A stretch of 64,000 bases of DNA from positions 213,788-277,787 of the forward strand of contig CAVPJZ010000004.1 of assembly GCA_963705555.1 (NCBI GenBank). Direction: 5' to 3'. Under the pieces are notes generated by a model. The model saw nothing but the letters and a program-made list of their open reading frames with translations. It did no database searches and was not told where the DNA came from. The number at the start of each line of letters is the position of its first letter. The stretch's first letter is position 1. Made by a program: the position numbers and the translations under genes. This stretch comes from an uncultured delta proteobacterium. Lineage in GTDB: Bacteria; Desulfobacterota; Syntrophia; Syntrophales; Smithellaceae. Positions 1 to 10,129 of this stretch are shown piece after piece.

Positions 1-209
1 AGTTTAAACGTCATTACCTATAACAAATCCGCCTATTTTGTCAAACAGATATAAAGTAATGAGACGAGATTTTTTGTAAGTAAATTTAGGAAATTGTAAA
101 CTCAGGAAACGGATAAAACGAAAGTCAGCGATTTACGCCCTATTGTTGTTTAGATATAATTTTATGAGCTTTCCGGAACCTAGCAAATGTTTAACGGCAT
201 TCTATATTA

Positions 210-1124
210 TTATATTTTGAGTTGGGAATAAATTTCATTATGCAATGGTGTGGGAATGCCCAACTTTTTGCCCGATTTTATAATATACTTAGTAAAAATG
301 TCAATCTCCGTATCTTTCCCGCGTTCTCTATCCACCTGCATTGAAGTCTTGGTATCATAGGCAAAGCGGCCGATACTCTCCAGAGTTTTATTGACAATAT
401 CTTCCGGCAATTCGATTTTGCGGGCATCGGCAATTGATTTTACTTCTTTAATCATTTTCTTGAGCCTTTCTCTCCAATCGGCATTCTCCATTATTTCACC
501 AAATGTTTTATTTGTTGCGGTGGTCAAGCCCGCTAAAGGACAAATAAGCAGATATTTTGTCCACAAAGCTGTAGAGATTTTGTTGTTCAGTTCGGTATTG
601 ATCTTAGCTTGTAACAAAATATCCAAAATGTTTTTATATTGCTTTGCGGATTGATTGTCTGTACCAAAAACAAGCTTGCAAATACCTCCTGTTTGTCGCA
701 CAACCCCCGGCTTTTCGATAAAAGAAGAAATATAGACGCAACCGTGAACAATATTTGCCGCGGGCAATATTGAGTGCAATCTATCCGCTATATCGACTCC
801 ATTTAAAAGGGGAATGACCACAGTATTTTTATTGATATTGCTGCTAAGCTGTTTGGCAGAACTCGTGAGCGAATAACTTTTTACGCAGAAGAAAACCAAA
901 TCAAACACTCCGGCCTCAGCAGGAATATCCGTAGCTAATGTTGGTTTAGCAACATAATCGCCTTCTTTGGTGAATAACGTTAGTCCGCTTTTTTTTATGG
1001 CTAATAAATGCTCGCCGCGGGCGATAAAGATGATTTCATGCTTGCCGGATTGCCCATATTCCCGCGCCAGTTTCCCGCCAAAATACCCCCCTACCCCGCC
1101 GATACCGACTATACCTATTCTCAT
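210..1124 (-). CDS. panE: 2-dehydropantoate 2-reductase (ketopantoate reductase)
   Basis: N-terminal GIGGVGG Rossmann motif, CVKSY, PLLNG, LWTKY, TSMQVD and TEID motifs of the ApbA/PanE family. Confidence 0.9.
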   Translation of the reverse strand: MRIGIVGIGGVGGYFGGKLAREYGQSGKHEIIFIARGEHLLAIKKSGLTLFTKEGDYVAKPTLATDIPAEAGVFDLVFFCVKSYSLTSSAKQLSSNINKNTVVIPLLNGVDIADRLHSILPAANIVHGCVYISSFIEKPGVVRQTGGICKLVFGTDNQSAKQYKNILDILLQAKINTELNNKISTALWTKYLLICPLAGLTTATNKTFGEIMENADWRERLKKMIKEVKSIADARKIELPEDIVNKTLESIGRFAYDTKTSMQVDRERGKDTEIDIFTKYIIKSGKKLGIPTPLHNEIYSQLKI

Positions 1125-1172
1125 TTTTTCAACCTTTAGTCTCTTGTGCCCTGTAGGATATCAATATTTTTC

Positions 1173-3637
1173 TTATCCTGTCCTCGCCAAATCGAGTTTC
1201 CCCTGCCATTTCCAAAGTAATGTTTCTTTCAAAATTAAGTGTTCCGGTTTTTCTAAAAAAGGGTCGCTGGCAGCCAATTTAAAAGCGTCTTCCTTGGCAT
1301 CATTTAAAATCCGGGCATCGCGGATAATGCTGGCAATCCGAAAATCGGGCAGGCCGGATTGGCGGGTGCCTAAAAAATCACCGGGGCCGCGAATGGCCAA
1401 GTCTTCTTCAGCAATGATAAAACCATCGGTAGTTTTTTCCATCACCTTTAATCTTTTGCGGGCATCTTGTGAAGAAGCGTAATTGGCGAGCAAAACGCAG
1501 GTGGAAGCAATTTCCCGGCGGCCGACGCGGCCGCGCAATTGATGCAACTGCGAAAGGCCGAATCGTTCCGCATGTTCAATTACCATCAGCGATGCCCGCG
1601 GCACATCAATTCCCACTTCGATTACGGTTGTGGACACAAGGACATTGATTTTATTGGCCAGAAATTCTTTCATCACGGCATCTTTTTCTTTCTCCTTCAT
1701 CTTGCCGTGAATGAGGCCGACTTTATAATCAGGGAAAATATCGCTCTGTAAATGTTCCGCCATATTGGTTGCATCTTTCAAATCCAGATTCTCCGATTGC
1801 TCCACCAACGGATAAACGATAAAAGCCTGATGTCCTTTGGCCAATTCTTCGCTGATTAATTGATAAACATTGCCTCTTTTATTTTCACCCATCAAAACAG
1901 TGCGCACAGGTTTTTTTCCGGGGGGCATTTCATCGATTACGGAAACATCCAAATCGCCGTAAACTGTCATTGCCAATGTCCGCGGAATGGGTGTCGCCGT
2001 CATGACCAATACATCCGCATTAATTCCCTTGCCGCGTAAAGTTGCTCTTTGCATAACGCCAAAACGGTGCTGTTCATCAATAACAACCAGCCCCAGCTTA
2101 TGAAAATCAACACCTTCCGAAATCAATGCGTGTGTGCCGATAACTATATTTGCCTCTCCGCTGCCTATTTTATCCAGCGCTTCTTTTCTTTGCGCGGTAT
2201 TGAAGCCGCCGATAAGCAAAACCGCTTTTAGCCCCAGCGCGGATGCCCAGTTCTGAATATTCTCGATAATGCTGTTGAGCTAATATTTCAGTAGGCGCCA
2301 TTATCGCCGCCTGATATGAATTTTCGCAAGCTGTAACCATTGCCGCCATCGAAACGATTGTTTTCCCGCTGCCGACATCACCCTGCAATAGCCTGTTCAT
2401 CGCGCTTTCTTTAGCCAGGTCTGATTGTATTTCGTTGATCACTCTTTTTTGCGCCGCAGTTAACTCAAAAGGCAGGAGCGCAAGAAATTTATTTAAAAGA
2501 GTTCCCTCAATATTGAACTTAATACCGGCATCTAAAATCCGCCCCGTTTTTTTTATAGCCATCCCTAATTGAAAAAAGAAAAATTCATCGTAAATCAATC
2601 TGCGATGAGCCGGTGACCGGTTGGAATTGTATTCCTCCACATCTTTATTATTTTCCGGAAAATGTACCGACCTTAACGATTCCTGAATATTGGACAGATT
2701 GCGCTTTTCGACAAATATCCGCCGGTATGGGTGAAACTACATAGCGGGCGTAATTTTCCAGCGCCTGATACATGATTTTGCGCAGATACTTTTGATGCAG
2801 GCCTTCCGTCTCCGAATAAATAGGCACTATTCTTTTAAAATTTAAAAGATTTTCCGCTTCATCTTCTTCCAATATTTCGTATTCAGGATGAATCATCGCT
2901 TTTCCCGCGTAATTCGGCCTTGCTTCTCCTGTAAAAATTACTCTGGTCCCCTTCTTAAAGATGCCCAAGAGATAAGACATCTGACCTTTAAACCACTTCG
3001 CCGTTAAATTGGCGGTATTATCGCTGATTGTAACCTCTAAAATACGTTTCTTTCCGTAGTATTTGTATTGAGTGCCAACAACGCTGCCCGCTACAGTTTG
3101 AATTTTACCGGCTTCCAGATGATTGATTTTTTTTATTTCCCGCCTATCCTCATAAGTCCTGGGTAAAAAATACAATAAATCTTCGACTGTATTGATTTTT
3201 TTAGCTAATAAACGCTGTGCCATTTTCGGCCCAACGCCTTTCAAATATTGAACCGGCAGGGACAGCTTGGACAGAGCTTCTCTTAAATCAGAGACTCTTT
3301 GTATTGTCTGTGGATCATCAGTGTAAACTGAAGCTGTTGCTGACAAAGAATCAATAGCTTTTTTCAGTTTTTCCCAGATAACTTGAGCTTTATCCATTCT
3401 GTTCTTTTTTAATTCCAGCTTCTGCCAATCATAATCGGAGAATATCTCCGACAATTCCTCTACCAAATTAGAGGCATCATTATCGGCAGCCGACGGCAAC
3501 GAACCCTTAAGCAACGCCAGCAAATTCAAAAGAGATTTGCCTAAATCTTTTATGTGAGACAAATTTTTATAATTATCTTTGGAAGCAAAATTCAAAGGCT
3601 GTTCAATTTTTTGCAGAATCTTTTTTAGTGAATCCAT
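1173..3637 (-). CDS. recG: ATP-dependent DNA helicase RecG with an N-terminal extension; split into 3 ORFs by probable sequencing indels
   Basis: Wedge domain (LKGVGPK, LLYFLPRTYEDR), LLQGDVGSGKT, DEQHRFG, MTATPIPRTL, QLRGRVGR and EEDLAIRGPG across ORFs 2648-3637, 2170-2640 and 1173-2219. Confidence 0.93.
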
Positions 3638-3808
3638 TTAAGTCTCCGCAGTGGAAAGTTGGCAAAGCTAAATTATTTCCGATGAATTGATGCTTTTTTG
3701 TTAACAAATATCATTTATTTACGCAAGGAATGATTGACTTAAAAGATGATTTACGTTACATGATCGCGCACTATATTTTTACATAGAAAATCAAACTCAT
3801 AGGGGATT

Positions 3809-4864
3809 ATGCCAACTAAAATCACATACAAGTCAGCAGGCGTAGATATCGATACCGCCAATGAATTTGTCGACCGCATTAAACCATTGATCAAAACAAC
3901 AGCACGCAAAGAAGTTATTTCGGGAATCGGCGGTTTTGGCGGGCTTTTCCATCTGGATTCGGCAAAACTAAAAAATCCGATATTGGTTTCTTCCACCGAC
4001 GGTGTGGGCACTAAACTAAAAATCGCCCAATTAATGGATAAGCATGATACGATCGGGATTGATCTTGTAGCGATGTCAGTCAATGATGTTGTTGTTCAGG
4101 GCGCCGAACCTTTGTTCTTTCTCGATTATCTCTCCACGGGCAAAATCGATTTGGAAAAAAGCGTGCAAATTGTCGATGGCATTGTTCAGGGTTGTATTCA
4201 GGCCGGTTGTACCCTTTTAGGCGGAGAAACCTCTGAAATGCCCGGTTTCTATAAAGCCGGTGAATACGATCTTGCCGGTTTTTGTGTCGGTGTAGTGGAA
4301 TCCGATAAACTAATTGACGGCTCTACTATCAGCATTAATGACCGGGTGATCGGGCTTGCTTCCAGCGGTCTGCACAGTAACGGATTTTCTTTAGCCCGGA
4401 AAGTTCTACTGGAAAAAGGCAAATTTGGTGTTAAAGACAAAGTTCCCGGCTTGAATAAAACAATAGGCCTGGAACTTTTAGAACCGACACGAATTTATGT
4501 TAAATCTCTTCTTAATCTTTTTAAAAGCTTCAATATTAAGGGTATCGTCCACATTACCGGAGGTGGATTTTACGATAATATCCCGCGAATAATTCCTGAT
4601 TCCTGCCGGTGCGTGATTAACAAAAAGAGCTGGGATGTGCCACCCATTTTTGATGTCATCCGGGAAATAGGTAATATCGAAGAAAGAGAAATGTTTCGTG
4701 TATTTAATATGGGCATAGGTATGATGATCATTGTTTCGGAAAAGGAATGTCAGGGAGTTCTCGAGCAGTTGAAAATGCTGGCGCTGGGTGAAAAAGCCTA
4801 CTTACTTGGTACCGTAGAAAAAAGAGAAAATAGTCAGGATCAAGTTTGTCTTACTGAAAATTAG
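3809..4864 (+). CDS. purM: phosphoribosylformylglycinamidine cyclo-ligase (AIR synthetase)
   Basis: YKSAGVDI, GGFGGLF, TDGVGTK, GGETSEMPG, SSGLHSNG, HITGGG, FNMGIG. Confidence 0.97.
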   Translation: MPTKITYKSAGVDIDTANEFVDRIKPLIKTTARKEVISGIGGFGGLFHLDSAKLKNPILVSSTDGVGTKLKIAQLMDKHDTIGIDLVAMSVNDVVVQGAEPLFFLDYLSTGKIDLEKSVQIVDGIVQGCIQAGCTLLGGETSEMPGFYKAGEYDLAGFCVGVVESDKLIDGSTISINDRVIGLASSGLHSNGFSLARKVLLEKGKFGVKDKVPGLNKTIGLELLEPTRIYVKSLLNLFKSFNIKGIVHITGGGFYDNIPRIIPDSCRCVINKKSWDVPPIFDVIREIGNIEEREMFRVFNMGIGMMIIVSEKECQGVLEQLKMLALGEKAYLLGTVEKRENSQDQVCLTEN

Positions 4865-4874
4865 GGTCAAATTT

Positions 4875-5540
4875 ATGGCTGATTTATTGAAATTGGGAGT
4901 TTTAATCTCCGGAAACGGCTCTAATCTCCAATCAATTATTGATCATATCGAAAAAAGCTCGTTAAAAGCGGTTATCAAAATTGTTATCAGCAACAATCCT
5001 GATGCTTTCGGAATAACCAGAGCAAAAAAACACGACATTAAGATTTCTGTTTTAAATAATATGGACTTTAACTCCAAAGAAGACTTTGATTCCGAATTGA
5101 TAAATATTTTAAAAAAAAATGATGTTGACTTGGTTATTTTGGCCGGCTTTACGCGTATTCTTACCCCAAGCTTTTTGAAAGCCTTTCACCATAAAATTAT
5201 GAATATCCACCCTGCCCTGCTTCCGTCTTTTCCCGGATTGCACGGGCAAAAACAGGCCTTGGACTACGGCGTTAAATTTTCCGGCTGTACAGTGCATTTT
5301 GTCGATGAAGGCGTGGATACAGGACCGATAATCATTCAAAGTGTCGTGCACGTAAACGATGATGATACGGTAGATACGCTGGCAGCAAGAATATTAAAGG
5401 AAGAACATCGGATTTATCCGCAAGCGATCCAGTTTTACGCTGAAGGCAGGCTGAAGATAAAGGACCGTAAAGTGAAGTTTAAATTTGTAAAAAAATATTC
5501 TTCCCCTTCGCTACACAATCCGCCTTTGACCGGCTTTTGA
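4875..5540 (+). CDS. purN: phosphoribosylglycinamide formyltransferase
   Basis: SGNGSNLQ, NIHPALLPSFPG, GCTVHFVDEGVDTGPII; follows purM. Confidence 0.97.
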   Translation: MADLLKLGVLISGNGSNLQSIIDHIEKSSLKAVIKIVISNNPDAFGITRAKKHDIKISVLNNMDFNSKEDFDSELINILKKNDVDLVILAGFTRILTPSFLKAFHHKIMNIHPALLPSFPGLHGQKQALDYGVKFSGCTVHFVDEGVDTGPIIIQSVVHVNDDDTVDTLAARILKEEHRIYPQAIQFYAEGRLKIKDRKVKFKFVKKYSSPSLHNPPLTGF

Positions 5541-5586
5541 TGATTATTATCGAAATAAAATTGCATATAAGGGAATAAAATAATTT

Positions 5587-7029
5587 ATGTATGATCTTAT
5601 TGTGATTGGCGACGACCTTTCATCCTACATTGCCGCGGCTGTTGCTTCTCACTACGGACTCAGCACACTGCATATTGCACAAAACGATAGCTCAGTAAAA
5701 AATACGATTGACGGTTACGCTCTTAATATCGATCCGACACCCTTAACGGGTTTTGGCGTTAACCAAACTGGCTTTTCTCTTTTAGCTGAACTTAATATCC
5801 CATTCACTGAGCAAGAAGCTTCTTTATTAAATCCCGCTTATCAAATAATAATGCCGGAGCACAGGATTGATTTTTTCAACGATAGAGATTCACTCGTTGG
5901 CGAAATTATACGGGAATTTCCTGAAATGTCTAAGGAAATAAATAACTTTTATGATGTAGTTATAAGAAATTCCGCCGCCTTTACTAAATGGCTTCACGAT
6001 CATCCGTTTATTCAGCCAAAAAGTATAAAAGATTTCTTTAACTATCTAAAATTTTTCCCTCGTTTAATGAGATCTAAATTCGATGCCAAGAAAATTGAGC
6101 GAACAATCTTGCGAAATCCTTATTTGAGAAAAATTTTGGAGGCGCAATATGTTTTGCTTTCCTGCACTAAAAACGGTAATGATTCTTTTACTTCATATTT
6201 TCATTATTCTGCTCCTCTGCGCGGCGTCTACCACTTCCCGCAAGGAAAATATACACTTTTTAATTTGTTGACAAAAAAAATACAAGCCTCCAACGGTCAG
6301 TATCTAAGTGATAATAAATCTATCACATTTAAAAAAGGCAGAACAATCGAAGCTGAAGTAGAAAACAACGAAGGAATTATTTCTAATATATCCGCAAAAT
6401 ACATGATCATCAGTACTAAATCTGAAGAAATGTGCTTTTTGCTTAAAGGTAAAAAGAAAATCAATATCGCTAATCTGACCAAGCCGGTTAAAATTTCTCA
6501 TTACCCTTTTACTATTCATTTGGGCATTCTGCAAAAATGCATTCCTGAAAAAATGGCAAGACATGTTGCTGTAATATCCGACGTAAATAAAGATATTTAC
6601 GATAATAATTTGATCCTTTTAGAGTCGAATATCTCTCCTGAAGAAAAAAGAAGTCCTTCAGATAAAAAATTACTAACTGCGACTGTTTTTCTTTCCAATG
6701 ATTCAGCTGCCTGGTCGAAAGAAAATTTAGAGGCACAAGTTCAATCAATAATCGAACGCCTGGAATATTTTCTGCCTTTCTTAAAAGAAAACATTAAATT
6801 CATCAATATTGATAAATCAATCGATATTTCAATTAAATACCGTAATACAGTTAATCCAAAATATATGCCGGGAAAATCTTCTCTTACAGGCTTTTTCGCG
6901 AAAAACAATAAAACACGTTTTAGAAATATTTACCTAACCGGTGCTTCTTTATTAACGGACGCGGGTACCGATGGCGAAATCATTTCCGGTATGCTTGCCG
7001 TATACAGTGTACTTGATAAAAGGAAATGA
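5587..7029 (+). CDS. phytoene desaturase-like FAD-dependent oxidoreductase family protein with a degenerate dinucleotide-binding motif
   Basis: N-terminal YDLIVIG strand and C-terminal NIYLTG..G..G..SG motif; the GxGxxG position reads GDDLSS. Confidence 0.6.
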   Translation: MYDLIVIGDDLSSYIAAAVASHYGLSTLHIAQNDSSVKNTIDGYALNIDPTPLTGFGVNQTGFSLLAELNIPFTEQEASLLNPAYQIIMPEHRIDFFNDRDSLVGEIIREFPEMSKEINNFYDVVIRNSAAFTKWLHDHPFIQPKSIKDFFNYLKFFPRLMRSKFDAKKIERTILRNPYLRKILEAQYVLLSCTKNGNDSFTSYFHYSAPLRGVYHFPQGKYTLFNLLTKKIQASNGQYLSDNKSITFKKGRTIEAEVENNEGIISNISAKYMIISTKSEEMCFLLKGKKKINIANLTKPVKISHYPFTIHLGILQKCIPEKMARHVAVISDVNKDIYDNNLILLESNISPEEKRSPSDKKLLTATVFLSNDSAAWSKENLEAQVQSIIERLEYFLPFLKENIKFINIDKSIDISIKYRNTVNPKYMPGKSSLTGFFAKNNKTRFRNIYLTGASLLTDAGTDGEIISGMLAVYSVLDKRK

Positions 7030-7032
7030 TTT

Positions 7033-8331
7033 ATGAATTATAATTTTTCTATCAAGAATCTTGGCGAGAGGCTCATTAAATCCCCCCTAAATATCGGAAA
7101 TTTCACGCAAGATAAGAAAAGACTATTGTTTAACTCTTATTTAGACGACTATTCATCTTTCACCGATAAGGAAGGAAAACCTCTTTCCTTGGAACTTGCC
7201 GGCCCAAGAGGTAAAATATTTTTCGATCCACACCAAACAAAAGCGGCTATCGTAACATGTGGTGGCCTTTGCCCGGGTATCAATGATGTAATCAGATCAA
7301 TTACAATGACTCTCTTTCATCGTTACGGTGTCAAAGATATATTCGGTGTTAAATATGGGTTAAGAGGATTAAACCCAATATACCGGCACAAGTTAATCAA
7401 TTTAACTCCCGAAATTGTAAATGATATAACCAGTATCGGTGGCAGTATCCTTTCAACTTCGCGTGGTCCTCAAGATCCAGTACAAATTATGAACTCTCTT
7501 TCCCGGTTAAAAATTTGTATTCTTTTTTTTGTAGGCGGAGGCGGCACAATGCGGGCTGCCGCGCAATTAACCGACGTAATTTCCGAAAATAATTTAAAAA
7601 TATCGGTCGTTTGCATCCCTAAAACAATCGATAACGATCTCGATTTAATCGAGAAATCATTCGGCTTCGATACGGCGATAGAAAAAACCGTTGAAGCTAT
7701 TAGAGGCGCTCATGTGGAAGCCAAAGGTGCTTTCAACGGCATTGGTTTGATCAAAATCATGGGGCGTCTTTCCGGACATATAGCCGCTCACTCCGCTCTG
7801 GCCCAAAATGACGTTAATTTTGTTTTAATTCCCGAAGTGCCTTTTGATCTGGAAGGTAAAAAAGGATTTTTGAAGGCTCTGGAGACGCGTATAAAATCCA
7901 ACGGTCATGCCGTGGTTTTAGTTGCGGAAGGCGCGGGGCAAAATCTTTTCCAAAAAAATGACTCGGCTCCGGAAAGAGACGCTTCTGGAAATATTCGCTT
8001 GTTTGATATTGGACATTTTTTGAAAAGTTCCATCGAGGATTATTTCAATAGAATTGATCTGGAAATTAATTTGAAATACATAGAACCAAGCTACCTCATC
8101 CGCTCGGTCCCGGCCAATGCTGCGGACAGTATTTATTGCAGTTCACTTGGACAATACGCTGTACATGCGGGTATGGCCGGGAAAACAGGTCTTCTGGTGG
8201 CGCTGCGTAAAGATGAATACGTGCACTTGCCTCTAAGTTCAGCAATTTCGGGCCGTAGAATCGATCCACGAGGCAATGTCTGGTTGCGAGTACTGGAAAC
8301 GACAGGACAGCCTTCATCAATGTCAAATTAG
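7033..8331 (+). CDS. pfkA: 6-phosphofructokinase (long, ATP-dependent type)
   Basis: TCGGLCPGIN, GGSILSTSRG, PKTIDND, FGFDTA, MGRLSG, VAEGAG; the GGDG motif reads GGGG. Confidence 0.9.
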   Translation: MNYNFSIKNLGERLIKSPLNIGNFTQDKKRLLFNSYLDDYSSFTDKEGKPLSLELAGPRGKIFFDPHQTKAAIVTCGGLCPGINDVIRSITMTLFHRYGVKDIFGVKYGLRGLNPIYRHKLINLTPEIVNDITSIGGSILSTSRGPQDPVQIMNSLSRLKICILFFVGGGGTMRAAAQLTDVISENNLKISVVCIPKTIDNDLDLIEKSFGFDTAIEKTVEAIRGAHVEAKGAFNGIGLIKIMGRLSGHIAAHSALAQNDVNFVLIPEVPFDLEGKKGFLKALETRIKSNGHAVVLVAEGAGQNLFQKNDSAPERDASGNIRLFDIGHFLKSSIEDYFNRIDLEINLKYIEPSYLIRSVPANAADSIYCSSLGQYAVHAGMAGKTGLLVALRKDEYVHLPLSSAISGRRIDPRGNVWLRVLETTGQPSSMSN

Positions 8332-8447
8332 CAATCACCATTTGGCGGTATAATTCGACTTGCCAATCTCAACTTGTGACCTCGCGTGACACCTTGAGGT
8401 GGTTAGGTTATCAGGTTATGCATTGCGTTTTTATTATATTGTGTCAC

Positions 8448-8528
8448 TAATCCCGATTCGCTATGCTCACGGGATAATTCGACCTGCAGACTTCAGTGCA
8501 CTTTGTTTCTGAAGTTTGGGTCTCATTA
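8448..8528. repeat. TAATCCCG..CGGGATAA hairpin plus ~56-bp bulged-hairpin element (copy A)
   Basis: gacc-tg-cagacttcag-[12 nt]-ctgaagtttg-ggtc; similar to copies at 14367, 14492, 16983, 17039 and 36821. Confidence 0.75.
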
Positions 8529-8593
8529 AAATAATGCTTGCAAAATATTGCCTTATGTTCTAGTAACGACGCAGTTTTTAGGAGGATTTATTA

Positions 8594-8791
8594 ATGTCCC
8601 GTGTTTGTGATGTATGCGGTAAAAAACCGGCAATCGGCAATAGCGTCAGCCATGCTAACAATAAAACAAAAACAGTGTGGTATCCCAATTTACAAAGATT
8701 ACGTTGCGTTGACAAAAAAAACGGATCGGTGAAGAAAATGAAAGTCTGCACGCGATGTATTCGCTCCGGATTTGTTAAAAAAGCTATATGA
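8594..8791 (+). CDS. rpmB: 50S ribosomal protein L28 (Zn-binding, Cys-containing form)
   Basis: [34 protein letters not shown]; SD AGGAGG upstream. Confidence 0.97.
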   Translation: MSRVCDVCGKKPAIGNSVSHANNKTKTVWYPNLQRLRCVDKKNGSVKKMKVCTRCIRSGFVKKAI

Positions 8792-9581
8792 GGGGTGGAA
8801 ACCAACCATATTTTTTTATAGTTTGAGCGGTTTCTTGAAGAAATAACTCATCATCGTCCTCAATTAAATCTTTTGCCTGCAGAAATAAATTTCTAATGCC
8901 TTCATAAAGCAATTGATCATTGCTTTTTAAGGAGAATTTGTTTGTATAGAGACGAATCCTGCCTTCAATATTCATGATGCGATCCATTCTTTCCTTTGTA
9001 ATATAGAAGGAAGCCTCTTTCATTACTTCTTTAATTTTACTTTCTCCCACATCATAAAGCCGGTTGACTGTGGCTGTAAATTCATCAATTTTATTTTTTG
9101 CTGTGAAATCTATTGCCTCCGCCAAAAGATCAACAGTTTTAAGTGAGTTGATCTGATTCAAGATTACAAGATCATAGACCATTTCGATGATGAGGTGGGA
9201 ACGGTAAGCCGCCTCATTATAAGAAATTTCCTTTTGAATAGTATTGTATAATTTCAAAATGGAGTTGATCAGAGGTTTTCCTTTGGTATAGGAATAACCT
9301 TGAGAATGGGGATCGAATTCTTCTTTACAATCCTGACAAATATACCCGTAATGAGCAAGGTCATCGACTAAAAGATGAAACATCACATAAGCCGATCGGG
9401 GGTAGCCTGCCGGAATTTGCAGAGTTCTTTTTATGCTATGAGTTTTGCTGGAACTTATTTGAGGGTGAATTGTTAATAAATCCGGTACAATATTATAAAC
9501 ATAAACATCCATATTTTTGTTTTTTATATCTGCCGAACCCAAAACTTTCTGCAAAAGATATGTATGGGTTAGCATCAGCAT
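8784..9581 (-). CDS. hypothetical protein, possibly Zn-dependent phospholipase C-like fold
   Basis: 265-aa ORF with N-terminal [15 protein letters not shown] and HLIIEMVYD, resembling the metal-ligand spacing of the Zn_dep_PLPC family. Confidence 0.5.
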   Translation of the reverse strand: MLMLTHTYLLQKVLGSADIKNKNMDVYVYNIVPDLLTIHPQISSSKTHSIKRTLQIPAGYPRSAYVMFHLLVDDLAHYGYICQDCKEEFDPHSQGYSYTKGKPLINSILKLYNTIQKEISYNEAAYRSHLIIEMVYDLVILNQINSLKTVDLLAEAIDFTAKNKIDEFTATVNRLYDVGESKIKEVMKEASFYITKERMDRIMNIEGRIRLYTNKFSLKSNDQLLYEGIRNLFLQAKDLIEDDDELFLQETAQTIKKYGWFPPLI

Positions 9582-9602
9582 AAATTATTTTCCTTTATAA
9601 TT

Positions 9603-9714
9603 AGTGGAGCCCCCCTCCGGTAGGAGCCGGAAGCTCCCTAAAACAACGCGACCTCCCGCGAGTCACGGCGCTTTCCTCCCCCGGCTGTAGCCGGGGAATT
9701 CCAAGTCGCGGGAT
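9603..9714. repeat. ~112-bp structured direct repeat, copy 1
   Basis: Near-identical to 9967-10079; contains ggagc..gctcc, cccgcga..tcgcggg and ccccggct..gccgggg stems. Confidence 0.9.
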
Positions 9715-9916
9715 CGATTTCCTCGATTTTATATTTATTTTTTAAATCATCAATAAGGCCGTTAATTTCCGAAATAAAATCACGCATAATCGAAATTTTT
9801 ATTATTGCGGCGTATGGATCAATCGTTGATACTGTGGCCATTCCTTCATAGCCTTCGATAATAAACTGTACGACGGCAATGTTACGACGATTTAATTTAA
9901 CCAATTTGTTTATCAT
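9638..9916 (-). CDS. DUF4911-like small protein with a repeat-derived C-terminal tail
   Basis: IAVVQFIIEGYEGMATVSTID core; the last ~25 codons lie within the repeat. Confidence 0.7.
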   Translation of the reverse strand: MINKLVKLNRRNIAVVQFIIEGYEGMATVSTIDPYAAIIKISIMRDFISEINGLIDDLKNKYKIEEIDPATWNSPATAGGGKRRDSREVALF

Positions 9917-9966
9917 TTTAGCTTCGCATTACCACTGATCTCCTTAAAGATCAAGATTAACGGCCA

Positions 9967-10079
9967 AGTGGAGCCTCCGGTAGGAGTCGAGCCGGAGGCT
10001 CTCTAAAACAACGCGACCTCCCGCGAATCACAGCGCTTTCCTACCCCGGCTGTAGCCGAGAGATTCCGAGTCGCGGGAT
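9967..10079. repeat. ~112-bp structured direct repeat, copy 2
   Basis: Near-identical to 9603-9714. Confidence 0.9.
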
Positions 10080-10107
10080 TGACGTATGCAGATAAACACT
10101 GTATGTT
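10079..10107 (+). promoter_or_regulatory. putative sigma70 promoter
   Basis: TTGACG-17 bp-TATGTT, 22 bp upstream of the ATG at 10130. Confidence 0.45.
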
Positions 10108-10129
10108 TAAAAAACACCTGAGGTGATCT

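Noticed and set aside
9645-9714. HDV-like ribozyme in the 112-bp repeat (GAC-CTCCCGCGA-GTC resembles P3/L3)
   Set aside because: No upstream P1 partner or P2 pairing could be found.
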